Origin: a virus
DNA: 64,000 nucleotides
Virus record (IMG/VR): IMGVR_UViG_3300044730_000851
Location: 12,328 to 76,327 of that record
Reading direction: 5' to 3' (one strand)
In this document: positions 9,133-17,680 of the stretch, one piece after another
How the letters are laid out: every line of letters starts with the position of its first letter
Position numbering within the stretch: position 1 is the stretch's first letter
Notes under the pieces: model-generated
Seen by the model: only the letters and a program-made list of their open reading frames with translations
What the model was told of the DNA's origin: nothing
Database searches by the model: none
Program-made: the position numbers and the translations under genes

Positions 9133-9582
9133 CTAGTTTTTGTCGTTCTTCCAGCGCTCGACTAGAGCGATGGTCAGATCTACGTGCTTCTTCCACTCGA
9201 TGCGGGCGTTGCCGAGAAGGCCGCGAGATGAGAACTCTTCGACGGCGATCTCGATCATGGGTCGGGTGTAGACCCGTTTGCCGGGGTGCTCCTTGCCTCT
9301 GGCATCGGTGTACCCCGGAAGTCGGTAGGGAGTCCGGGGCAGGTAGCCGCGGCGTTCCCACAAGCGAATGGTGACGGCAGACTTTCCAAGTGCCTGAGCG
9401 AGAGAGCCCGGGAAGAAGTACTCCACGACCTCCCCGCCAGGACGCATCTTCTTGATGGGGCTGCTGTCCCAAGACCTCTCAGCCATCTTGACCGGAGTCT
9501 CGGGAGCCTCGCGGCGGAGCCGCTTTGACCCTGGGTAGTACAGATCAGAGAAGAACGTGTCTACTTCAACTTCAGCGCCCAT
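9133..9582 (-). CDS. MerR-like HTH DNA-binding protein
   Basis: LAQALGKSAVTIRLWERRGYLP...RVYTR. Confidence 0.75.
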   Translation of the reverse strand: MGAEVEVDTFFSDLYYPGSKRLRREAPETPVKMAERSWDSSPIKKMRPGGEVVEYFFPGSLAQALGKSAVTIRLWERRGYLPRTPYRLPGYTDARGKEHPGKRVYTRPMIEIAVEEFSSRGLLGNARIEWKKHVDLTIALVERWKNDKN

Positions 9583-9995
9583 GACACCTTCGTTTCGAAC
9601 ATCGCCTCAAGGTCGTCCTCGGTGAGCAGGTCTTCCTGCTTGGCCTCCCAGACTTCGGCCTCATCCACCTGACGAACGAACTTGGTGCAGCGGGTCAGCA
9701 AGTCCTTCTCCTGGAGAATCTCCTGCGCGCGGTCCTCGTCCAACTTCTGCGAGACGCGGCGCTCCTTGACGAGTCCGCGCACTCCCTCGATCTGATCGGG
9801 CAGTTCGAGCCAGATGTGCCCGACGTCGTCGGGCTCGCCGAGCGCATCGACGGTCTCGATGATGGAGTCGCGAAGTTCCTTCTGGCGCGCGGCAAGTGCC
9901 TCAGCCTGCGACTTGACGAACTGGTACTCCTTCACCAGCGAGACGAACGGGTCCTCGCTGCGGATCTCCCGAACAGTGTTGGCTACGCGTGCCAT
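9561..9995 (-). CDS. Hypothetical coiled-coil phage protein
   Basis: Start MARVAN with RBS GGGAGG. Confidence 0.65.
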   Translation of the reverse strand: MARVANTVREIRSEDPFVSLVKEYQFVKSQAEALAARQKELRDSIIETVDALGEPDDVGHIWLELPDQIEGVRGLVKERRVSQKLDEDRAQEILQEKDLLTRCTKFVRQVDEAEVWEAKQEDLLTEDDLEAMFETKVSWALKLK

Positions 9996-10106
9996 GGTCT
10001 TCCCTCCCTGTGTCTGCCCGACCGTACATGGCAGAGACGTTCTCTGCAAGTAGGCCTGACGGTGTGTCGATTCAACAAGTAGAACGATAGACAGAGGGTC
10101 TGACAG

Positions 10107-11702
10107 TCAGCCCTGACCGCGAAGGAAGCCCAGGAGGCTACCCACTCCCAAGCGCACCCCTCCACGGGTATCTATGCCCTGCCCGTCCACAACGGCACCG
10201 GCCACCGAGTTCTTCTGCCGCAGTAAGTCGTGCTGGCGGATCTCGATGCTGCCGTCCGTCAGTAGGTCCTGGATCACGACGGTCGGCCAGCGGCTGGACG
10301 CGCGGCGGATGCGTCCGTTGCGTTGTACGGCTGTACCAGCCGACCACGGAAGATCGAAGTTGACGAGCAGGTTGGCCTGCGGCAGATCGACGCCGTACCC
10401 ACCTGCGTCAGTCGAGACCAACACGCGCACATCGGGGTCTTCCTGGAAGGAGATCTTGGCGGCCTCTTTCTGTCTGGCGTCGAGGTCACCGGAGTACACG
10501 ACACCGTCAAGCAGTTCAGCGATCCTGTTGGCGGACAGTCGGAACGAAGTAAAGACGACCACCTTGGCGTCATCGTCTGAGTCCAGGTGATCTCGTACCA
10601 GTGCCTGCAGCGCTTCCATCTTCTTGTTCTTGGCCGACAGGAGTGACTCCCGGACTCCGTCCTCGGAGACAAGTGCGTAAGCGACGGGAGATCCGAGAGT
10701 GCGGGCGGAGTCGCCCTCAAGACGGGCACCAAACGCGTCGGCGGACTCGACCGCCAACTCCGGAAAGGTAGCCAACTGTCGCAGCAGCATGAGTCGGCTC
10801 ATGATCGGTCCAAGGACGTCGTCGGGAGGTCCCTTCCTTTGTGATACGCCGTAGTGCGCCGAAACGTCCCACGAAGTTCCGTAAGCCTGCACCGCGGACT
10901 CCAACAGTTCGGTGAGTTCGTCTGCAACGGTCCGGTAGATACCGCGCACCGTGCGTTCCATCGGAACGATCAACGGGTCTCGGTGGATAGTGTCAGGTAG
11001 GTACGGTGCGACGTCCGGGTCAGTCTGCGTCTTCCTGATGAGTACGCCAGAGATTCGCGTGTGTAGCCGATCGAGATTGGTGTACCTCTGAACGCCGCCC
11101 CACTGATTGCGGACGATGTAGGACGCGTCGAAGTGGTCAAAGCGACCTAGGATCTTCCCGTCTACGGCCTGCAGGATGCTGAAGATCTCCTCAGGCTTGC
11201 CGTTCTCCACGGGGGTTCCCGTTAAGGCGTACCTGACGTCAACGGACCGGGCGAGATCCTTGATCTTCTTGGATCTCTTGCTGCGAAATCCCTTGATGGC
11301 CGTGGCCTCGTCGATAATGATCGCGTCGAGATCTAGGTCGGTAACGAACGACCAGTCATTCACGACGCTCTCGTAGTTCATCACCACGTACTGAATGTCG
11401 TTGTACTGCCAGTTAACCGCAGAGCGAATCTGAGAATGGCGTTTGGTCTTGGTCCCATCAACCACGATTGCGTTGCTGTCCGTGAAGTTGGATACGGACG
11501 TACCCCATTGGTACTTGAGGCTGGCTAGGGCAACCACCAGCGTGGGCTTGCGTATCTGCCCGGCGGCGCGCAAGTTCTCGACGGCAGACAGTGAAATAAC
11601 GGTCTTGCCTAGTCCCAGGTCGTAGGCGACGAGGATCTTCTTCCTATTGACCATCGTCTCCACGGCCTCCCGCTGGTACGGGAGAAGTTCACCGGTGAAC
11701 AT
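10107..11702 (-). CDS. SNF2-family (SF2) helicase
   Basis: LLPYQ, DLGLGKT, IIDEA, LTGTPVEN, STDAGGYGVDL, QRNGRIRR. Confidence 0.92.
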   Translation of the reverse strand: MFTGELLPYQREAVETMVNRKKILVAYDLGLGKTVISLSAVENLRAAGQIRKPTLVVALASLKYQWGTSVSNFTDSNAIVVDGTKTKRHSQIRSAVNWQYNDIQYVVMNYESVVNDWSFVTDLDLDAIIIDEATAIKGFRSKRSKKIKDLARSVDVRYALTGTPVENGKPEEIFSILQAVDGKILGRFDHFDASYIVRNQWGGVQRYTNLDRLHTRISGVLIRKTQTDPDVAPYLPDTIHRDPLIVPMERTVRGIYRTVADELTELLESAVQAYGTSWDVSAHYGVSQRKGPPDDVLGPIMSRLMLLRQLATFPELAVESADAFGARLEGDSARTLGSPVAYALVSEDGVRESLLSAKNKKMEALQALVRDHLDSDDDAKVVVFTSFRLSANRIAELLDGVVYSGDLDARQKEAAKISFQEDPDVRVLVSTDAGGYGVDLPQANLLVNFDLPWSAGTAVQRNGRIRRASSRWPTVVIQDLLTDGSIEIRQHDLLRQKNSVAGAVVDGQGIDTRGGVRLGVGSLLGFLRGQG

Positions 11703-11920
11703 CAGTCAATGACGTCCTCAGGGCACGGGGCCTTCAAGGTTGCACCGCAGCCCGCGCAGATGGCGTCCAGGAAGTAGAAGGCGACCTCACCCTGATCGAA
11801 GCGCGCCAAGATGTGGAAGACGTCGCACTCGCATAGCGGGCACTCATGGACTGCGCCCAGCCAGCGGAGGTCCTGGCCGTCGGCCTGCACAGCGAAGAGG
11901 TCGGTAATGGGCCTGGTCAC
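11702..11920 (-). CDS. Small Zn-finger protein
   Basis: CPLC...CAGCG; coupled to both neighbours. Confidence 0.65.
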   Translation of the reverse strand: MTRPITDLFAVQADGQDLRWLGAVHECPLCECDVFHILARFDQGEVAFYFLDAICAGCGATLKAPCPEDVID

Positions 11921-12828
11921 AACGCGGCCTCGCCGAGGACGCGCGACTTGGCGTTGCGGATACCGGACTCAATCTCTTCGGCCGATAGTTCCCCGGGGTC
12001 CTTACGGGTGTCGTCGGTGTACGAAAAGAACCGCACGGCCTTCAGAACCCCGCGGGTTGCGTTCAACAGTTGCCGACTGGCCTTGCGTCCGGCTGCGTCG
12101 GCATCGAGCGCAAGAACGACCTCGTCGGCGGCGCTCATGAGCATGATCTGCTGTCGAGACACGATGGCCCCGAAGACGGCGACCCCTCCGGGGATTCCCT
12201 CAGCGTGCAGTCGCACAGCGTCTAGGGGACTTTCGACTACGACCATCAGTCCGCCAGCAAACACGCTGTACCCAAAGAGCGTCTCAGACTTCTTCACACC
12301 GACTGGGTGGTTGCGGAAGGTGCGGGTGCTCTGGCCCTTCACCTGCCAACCCAGCAGACCGCCCTGGGGATCACGGATCGGGAGGATCCAGCAATCGTCG
12401 TAGGGATCCCAGAGAACTTCGTAATGCTCGCAGGACTGTGCCGTGAGGTTGCGCTCGCGCAAGGCCCACCGCGGTGGCTTGCCGAATCCCGCCAAAGAGG
12501 ACTCGGGGAGTAGCGGCTTCGGATTGGGGGCGTGGTACGGACCGGGGATCGACTTCAGCGTGTTCTGCAAGGAGCCTCGCACCGCAAAGGTCTTGGCCTG
12601 CTCAACGTCGGGCGCTCCGCCCATGTCCACGATGAGCCGGTGAATTGAACCGGCGTACCCGCAACTGAAGCAGAGAAACAACCCAGTCCTGAGGTTGATG
12701 GACCAAGACGGGTGAGAGTCCTCGTTGCCGGTGCGCACGCGGTGCATAGGGCAGCGGGCGACGAACTCGTCACCTGATGCGCGACCGGCCACGCCCAGTC
12801 GATTGAGCGTGGCCTCGACGTCAATCAA
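11917..12828 (-). CDS. DNA primase (CHC2 Zn finger + TOPRIM)
   Basis: CPMH...CFSC; VVESPLD; LALDADAAG; KDPGE. Confidence 0.92.
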   Translation of the reverse strand: MIDVEATLNRLGVAGRASGDEFVARCPMHRVRTGNEDSHPSWSINLRTGLFLCFSCGYAGSIHRLIVDMGGAPDVEQAKTFAVRGSLQNTLKSIPGPYHAPNPKPLLPESSLAGFGKPPRWALRERNLTAQSCEHYEVLWDPYDDCWILPIRDPQGGLLGWQVKGQSTRTFRNHPVGVKKSETLFGYSVFAGGLMVVVESPLDAVRLHAEGIPGGVAVFGAIVSRQQIMLMSAADEVVLALDADAAGRKASRQLLNATRGVLKAVRFFSYTDDTRKDPGELSAEEIESGIRNAKSRVLGEAAL

Positions 12829-13099
12829 CGTTCTCGGAGGACAGGCGGTCCTCTAGTTCGTCCAGGCGATCCAGGATCTGCTGGAGGGTCGACTCCAGTT
12901 GCTCGCGCAGTTCCGAGAGCCAACCCGAGTCCAGTGCATTCTGGTTAGTCTTGGTGGTAACGACCTTGACGTTACTCCCCAGTACGTTCGAGGTTACCCG
13001 CGCCTTGTCAGGGAACTTGAACGACAACTGCTTGTGGTCCGCCCTGTTGTACGTCCAGGGGTTTTCGTAGTCGTAGTGGGGATTGTCATCGTCGTGCAC
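12821..13099 (-). CDS. Hypothetical protein
   Basis: Trimmed ORF (VHDDDNPHY...) filling the gap, overlaps the primase start. Confidence 0.5.
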   Translation of the reverse strand: MHDDDNPHYDYENPWTYNRADHKQLSFKFPDKARVTSNVLGSNVKVVTTKTNQNALDSGWLSELREQLESTLQQILDRLDELEDRLSSENVD

Positions 13100-13337
13100 T
13101 GTCGGCTCCGCGGCGCAGGCGGTCCATGTCGGCGTCGTTCTGCAGGTACTGGATGGCGGCACCCAGACCTCCAGCGAAGTCCTGGTCCTTGATGACCAGA
13201 TGCTCGACGACCGCGTCAACCACGACATCGGCGAGTTTGTGAAAGTAGACGCGGTCCTCCGGGAGGGCACGCTCCCAGGGGACTGGAGTGACTTCTTCGC
13301 TGTACAGAAGTTCCGCGATCTCGTTGACGAGACTCAT
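13086..13337 (-). CDS. Hypothetical protein
   Basis: ATGA overlap with the helicase stop; RBS GGAGAGG. Confidence 0.6.
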   Translation of the reverse strand: MSLVNEIAELLYSEEVTPVPWERALPEDRVYFHKLADVVVDAVVEHLVIKDQDFAGGLGAAIQYLQNDADMDRLRRGADSARR

Positions 13338-14674
13338 GCCGATAGTTCCTCTCCGGTGTCGGAATGATCATCCAACTGCGTGTCGATATTACTACTCTTG
13401 GGAGCATAAGGCCCTCCGCGACTCGCCACAAGACATCCTGGGCAGTTTTCGGAGAGGTCGTCATCGTGGAAGCAGCCGGTATCCCATCTCCAGGTCAGCA
13501 CGGCCTCCTCGGGGCCGCAGTTTCGGGACGCGACCACCTTCAGCAGGCGGGCCTCCGGCTCCTCCTCGATCTCCTCAAGACCCAGGATGACGTCGGAATC
13601 TTGGAAGAACGAACTGCTGTAACCGATCGAGTCAGCGGTGACCTTGCCTCCGCGCATCTTCCAGAGCAGGGTCTGTGTGGAGATGACGATCGGTATCTCC
13701 AGCCGCTGGGCCAGACGCTTCAAGGATCGGGTGATAGAGGTGAGGGCCTGCGGTGTGTTCGACTCACCGCTGGCCTCGTCGATCATGAGGTAGACACCGT
13801 CGACCATCACGACATCAGGGCGGCGCTGTTCGATCTTCGCGGCCAACGCCGACACCGTGATCCCGGTCATGGAGTCTGACAGAGTCAACTCGTTCTGCAT
13901 ACCGTCCATGTGCTCCAGCATCTTCCGATACGAGTTCTTCTCCGGCTCCAGCAGTGAACGACGGCGCATCCGGTTGTACGACACCTTCGATCGCATCGCG
14001 TCGTGACGGTCCTGGCACTCACGGTTAGTCATCTCGAATGTCGTGAAGAGAACTCCGTGCCCGGCTTCGTGGGTGTTGATGCCCATCTGTAGGAGAACCT
14101 GGCTCTTGCCTGTCTTCGGAGGAGCGATCACCGTAATCAACTGTCCGCCCTGCAGTCCCGCGGTGGCCTCGTCGATCTTGCTGAATCCGGTGGTCAGCCC
14201 AAGCAGTGACCCAGCGATCTTCTCTGCCTCGATGTACTCGTCGTAACGACGCAGTGGGTCACGGTGAAGCATCAGATCCGTAACTCCCGGCGTACCGTCC
14301 TTATAGATATCCGCCAGTGAGCGCTCGACCAGAGTCAGGGCCGCTTCGTGGTCGTTGGTCTTCGTCAGGATGTCGCCTGCGGACTGCAGCATGTCCTCTA
14401 CGTGCACGTACCTGCGATACCCGATGAACCGATCCAGCAGGTACTCCAGGGAGTCCTCAACCTTGAGGAGCGGGAAGTTGGGGAACTCGTCCAGGACACT
14501 GGTTGCGGTAGGCACCTCGCCGTACTTGCCCCAGTGTTCCAGCAGCCAACGCCATAGCGTTCGCGCTTCCGGGTTGACCCACCAGTCAGTGGTCACGCGT
14601 GCGTCGATGAGAGGAATGATGTTCCTGTCACGCACCGCGCGACTGAGTAGTCGAATCTCGTTGTCGTGTGCCAA
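13334..14674 (-). CDS. dnaB: DnaB-like replicative helicase
   Basis: TTGFSKIDEAT, APPKTGKS, FEM, VMVDGVYLM, STQ, SFFQDSD. Confidence 0.92.
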   Translation of the reverse strand: MAHDNEIRLLSRAVRDRNIIPLIDARVTTDWWVNPEARTLWRWLLEHWGKYGEVPTATSVLDEFPNFPLLKVEDSLEYLLDRFIGYRRYVHVEDMLQSAGDILTKTNDHEAALTLVERSLADIYKDGTPGVTDLMLHRDPLRRYDEYIEAEKIAGSLLGLTTGFSKIDEATAGLQGGQLITVIAPPKTGKSQVLLQMGINTHEAGHGVLFTTFEMTNRECQDRHDAMRSKVSYNRMRRRSLLEPEKNSYRKMLEHMDGMQNELTLSDSMTGITVSALAAKIEQRRPDVVMVDGVYLMIDEASGESNTPQALTSITRSLKRLAQRLEIPIVISTQTLLWKMRGGKVTADSIGYSSSFFQDSDVILGLEEIEEEPEARLLKVVASRNCGPEEAVLTWRWDTGCFHDDDLSENCPGCLVASRGGPYAPKSSNIDTQLDDHSDTGEELSA

Positions 14675-14676
14675 GG

Positions 14677-15096
14677 TCAGAGCATCCCCGTCAGGTAGCC
14701 GATGTCGATCCCTGCGATCCCGTACCGTGCGCGGCGTTCTGGCGTGTCCAGCACCCCGATCACCTCCGGCCGATACGGGAGCAACTCAACCAGCGTGTCT
14801 GGCGAACTGCAAGCAGAGGAGTAATTGAAGGGCTGAACGCCCTGCCTGTCAAGGTCGTCGAGGATGCGTGTCGCTTCGTCTACGTCGTCAGTAAAGACAA
14901 CGAGTTCCATACGCAGAAATGCACGGAGGGAGACCCGCCACAACGTGGCCATGGACTCCCGGTCAATGATCCGTTCGGTGCGGGTTCCCACGCGGATACC
15001 GAGAAAGGTCTTGGCCTCAACGTATTCATCACTGATCGCGTCCAGAGTAACCAAGAGCCGCGGGGGAACCTCGTTGGAGAGATCCCCGCCCTGCAT
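14677..15096 (-). CDS. Hypothetical replication-module protein
   Basis: MQGGDLSNE...; coupled between the SWIM gene and DnaB. Confidence 0.65.
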   Translation of the reverse strand: MQGGDLSNEVPPRLLVTLDAISDEYVEAKTFLGIRVGTRTERIIDRESMATLWRVSLRAFLRMELVVFTDDVDEATRILDDLDRQGVQPFNYSSACSSPDTLVELLPYRPEVIGVLDTPERRARYGIAGIDIGYLTGML

Positions 15097-15404
15097 CAGA
15101 CGACCTCAATCTTCCCGTAACGGATGATGAAGTCCCGGAAAGCCTCCGGGTCCGCCATCTGTTCGGCGATGTTGACGTCGGACGCAGATGACAAGACCAT
15201 GACCGGGTAGACGCCGGTCTCTGCCATCTTGGCCTGCACCCAGCGGACATGACGGCAGTTGCGTCGCGACTTGAAGGTCGGGCAGTTGCAGCGGACCGCG
15301 GCGCCGTCGGTGGTCATCTCGACCTCAAAGATCCCGGCGCCCTTGGGGCTCAGGAAGATCTGCACGACCCGCCATTCGCTCTTGGCCATTTCCGCCCCTC
15401 TCAT
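15096..15404 (-). CDS. SWIM Zn-finger protein
   Basis: CNCPTFKSRRNCRH. Confidence 0.75.
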   Translation of the reverse strand: MRGAEMAKSEWRVVQIFLSPKGAGIFEVEMTTDGAAVRCNCPTFKSRRNCRHVRWVQAKMAETGVYPVMVLSSASDVNIAEQMADPEAFRDFIIRYGKIEVV

Positions 15405-15991
15405 CCGGACGTCTCCATGATCGCAAGTCGATGGAACATCTCACGGGCCAAGTCCGCACTGAACATCTCGGTGGGTTGGAAGTGTGCGGCCACCAGAGTC
15501 GGTAACCCGTCCTCGAAGCGTCTTGTGAGTAGCGAGCGGACGGTAGCCTTGCTCCAGTCCGTAGTCTGATTTGACGGTCCGAGATCGGAGAGCACCAGCA
15601 CCGAGCGCTCGCGCACGTTGGGCCGATCACGCGTCGTCTTGGGGGCGTCCTCGTCGCGGGGCCTGGACCAGTCCAGGTAGTCGTCAGCGTTCAGGTACAA
15701 GCCGGTGGTTCCCTCCTCCTCGGTGCGGATGAGAACCTCCTGCAGAACGGCGCTGAGGAGCGCCTGAGCCCGGGGGCCTGTCGCCCAGAGGCCAACACCA
15801 CAGGTCTCGAACTTCCCGGCGGCGGCGATCACGTTCCCGGACGAGGCCTCGTCTAGCCAGCCGTTGACGGATCGCTCGGAGAACCGCAGGTCCTTGAAGT
15901 GGGGACTCTCCAGGGTCAGGCCCTGATACTTGGCGGGAATCCTGGCCGATCGGAGCCGTGACCGCAGTTGCGGCCGATGCTGTTCAAACAC
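15401..15991 (-). CDS. DnaC/IstB-like helicase loader with degenerate P-loop
   Basis: ARIPAKY, VLVLSDLG, LLTRRFEDGLPTLV typical of DnaC/IstB; Walker A replaced by GLWATGPRAQAL. Confidence 0.65.
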   Translation of the reverse strand: MFEQHRPQLRSRLRSARIPAKYQGLTLESPHFKDLRFSERSVNGWLDEASSGNVIAAAGKFETCGVGLWATGPRAQALLSAVLQEVLIRTEEEGTTGLYLNADDYLDWSRPRDEDAPKTTRDRPNVRERSVLVLSDLGPSNQTTDWSKATVRSLLTRRFEDGLPTLVAAHFQPTEMFSADLAREMFHRLAIMETSG

Positions 15992-16817
15992 GTTTACCCC
16001 ATCCGGGCTTGTTGGCGAATTCGTCTTCGAGTTCTTGCAGGAGGTCATCCCCGATCAGGGAGGCCCGGTAGTTCGACACGGCGTGCATGAAGTGGCCGAC
16101 AAGACTCTTGCTTTCGGGGGCCCTGGGGGGCTTCTGGAAGAAGAGATCCATGGCCGCCAGCATGTCCGCGACGTTGGTGCCCTGTTCCCGCTGTGCGTCA
16201 CGCAGGGCGTGCCTGAGGGCCTTTCCGTCGGGGTACATCGGCAGGGCGTGCCAGGTCTGGGCCCGGTTGTGCTCATGGACTCGCATGACGAACTCTCTGG
16301 CTACGTGCTCAATCGTCCAGACCTCGCGGGGGTCCTCACGCCAACCGCGCATGGCGGACCTGTGGGTGCCACCACGTCGGCGGGGTGCTGGGTCGGGTGT
16401 CGGTGTCAGTTTGCCGGGCGGGAGATCATCAGCCACAGGGAACCCCTTTACTTCGTACACCTCCAGAGGGGGTTCACCCCCCTGTATAGAAGTACCGTTA
16501 GGTACTTCTATGCAGTCATGACTACTAGTACTAGTAGTCATATAGACATCGGTAAAGTCCGGAGAAAGGCTCACTGGTGAGCCTTCAAGGCTCACAGTTG
16601 ACCTTTCAGGGCTCACCCACAGAATTTCGTAACGACCACGGCTAAGCCGCTCGATGAGGCCCTTATCCACCAGCGATTGAATGGTCCTCTTGGCGGTGGC
16701 GACACTGACCGACATCACTTGGGCCAACTCGGTCGGACCACAGCGACCTGAGACCTCTTTCAGGTAGGAGGCGGCCATGAACTCACTCGGAGTGAGGCCG
16801 TGATCCCAGATGCCCAT
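15984..16817 (-). CDS. Putative replication initiator (N-terminal winged HTH)
   Basis: ELAQVMSVSVATAKRTIQSLVDKGLI HTH; low-complexity linker carrying DNA repeats; precedes DnaC-like and DnaB genes. Confidence 0.65.
   Translation of the reverse strand: MGIWDHGLTPSEFMAASYLKEVSGRCGPTELAQVMSVSVATAKRTIQSLVDKGLIERLSRGRYEILWVSPERSTVSLEGSPVSLSPDFTDVYMTTSTSSHDCIEVPNGTSIQGGEPPLEVYEVKGFPVADDLPPGKLTPTPDPAPRRRGGTHRSAMRGWREDPREVWTIEHVAREFVMRVHEHNRAQTWHALPMYPDGKALRHALRDAQREQGTNVADMLAAMDLFFQKPPRAPESKSLVGHFMHAVSNYRASLIGDDLLQELEDEFANKPGWGKRV
16486..16628. repeat. Candidate replication origin: three 21-bp iterons plus palindromes
   Basis: A(A/G)GGCTCAC...TTC units at 16566, 16587 and 16608; perfect 24-bp palindrome 16518-16541; 11-bp inverted repeat 16486-16511. 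Confidence 0.6.
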
Positions 16818-16846
16818 GGATGTCCCGTCTACGCGACTGCGCGTGC

Positions 16847-16875
16847 ATACTACGCCCTGGGCGGTCGCGAGCGAA
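16847..16875 (-). promoter_or_regulatory. Putative promoter TTCGCT-N17-TAGTAT for the replication block
   Basis: TANNNT -10 with 17-bp spacer, about 30 bp upstream of the initiator start. Confidence 0.45.
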
Positions 16876-17338
16876 ACTTGGAGCGCCTGGTCGGCGCGTC
16901 GAACTCCTCGCGGAGGCTCTGCAGGACGTCGGTAGTAACGCGTCGCGTTATTAAATCGACCAGGTCCTCCAGGTCCACGTTCTTGTCCAGGACGACCTCG
17001 ATGTAATCATCATCTGGATCCAGGACTGTGACACCAGACCTGTTGAGGACACGAAGTCGGTCGTAGGCCTCCTGGGACTCGTCCCACGATAGAAGGGCAA
17101 CGTCGCCGGGCATGGCCCGAGACAGTACGTACTCCTCGGGATCCTTGGCGATGACGAGGTCGCCTATCGAGTCCAAAACGTCCTCATCCACCGACGTCTC
17201 AGCCTGCGTGACGAGCGTGATCGCGCTGCTGTCGGTAAGAAGATTGACAGCGGTGTGAGCGGACTCCACGACGTACACGCGCCCGTACTCGTCGTTGTCG
17301 AAATCGTCTTCGGGGGCGGAAAAGATGTGGAGGTTCAT
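16850..17338 (-). CDS. Hypothetical protein
   Basis: Acidic 162-aa ORF, compact packing. Confidence 0.6.
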   Translation of the reverse strand: MNLHIFSAPEDDFDNDEYGRVYVVESAHTAVNLLTDSSAITLVTQAETSVDEDVLDSIGDLVIAKDPEEYVLSRAMPGDVALLSWDESQEAYDRLRVLNRSGVTVLDPDDDYIEVVLDKNVDLEDLVDLITRRVTTDVLQSLREEFDAPTRRSKFRSRPPRA

Positions 17339-17339
17339 G

Positions 17340-17600
17340 TCACCGCCGACGCGTGGGCTCGTTCAATTTGGCCACGATCTGCAACAGGAACATGGCCACG
17401 AAGGACGCCGCTAGGGTCTCGGCAACAACGACAGTGAGGGCGTGCTGGTGCCCCAGGAGCAGCAGCGCCACCAGCGACGAAACGACCGCGATGACGGCCC
17501 GTACCAGGCCGAGATCGACGAAGTAGTCGACCGCTGAGATGATGAATGCAGCAACGAGACCGGCAGCAAAAATCGCGATGAGGTAATCCATACGGGTCAT
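17340..17600 (-). CDS. Small membrane protein
   Basis: Three hydrophobic segments and a basic C-terminus. Confidence 0.65.
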   Translation of the reverse strand: MTRMDYLIAIFAAGLVAAFIISAVDYFVDLGLVRAVIAVVSSLVALLLLGHQHALTVVVAETLAASFVAMFLLQIVAKLNEPTRRR

Positions 17601-17680
17601 TCTTGGTGACGTGGCGGCCTCTGTACGCCCATAGTTTGCGCGACTTCAACTACGAGAGCAGATACCTATGGGTGGGTGTG

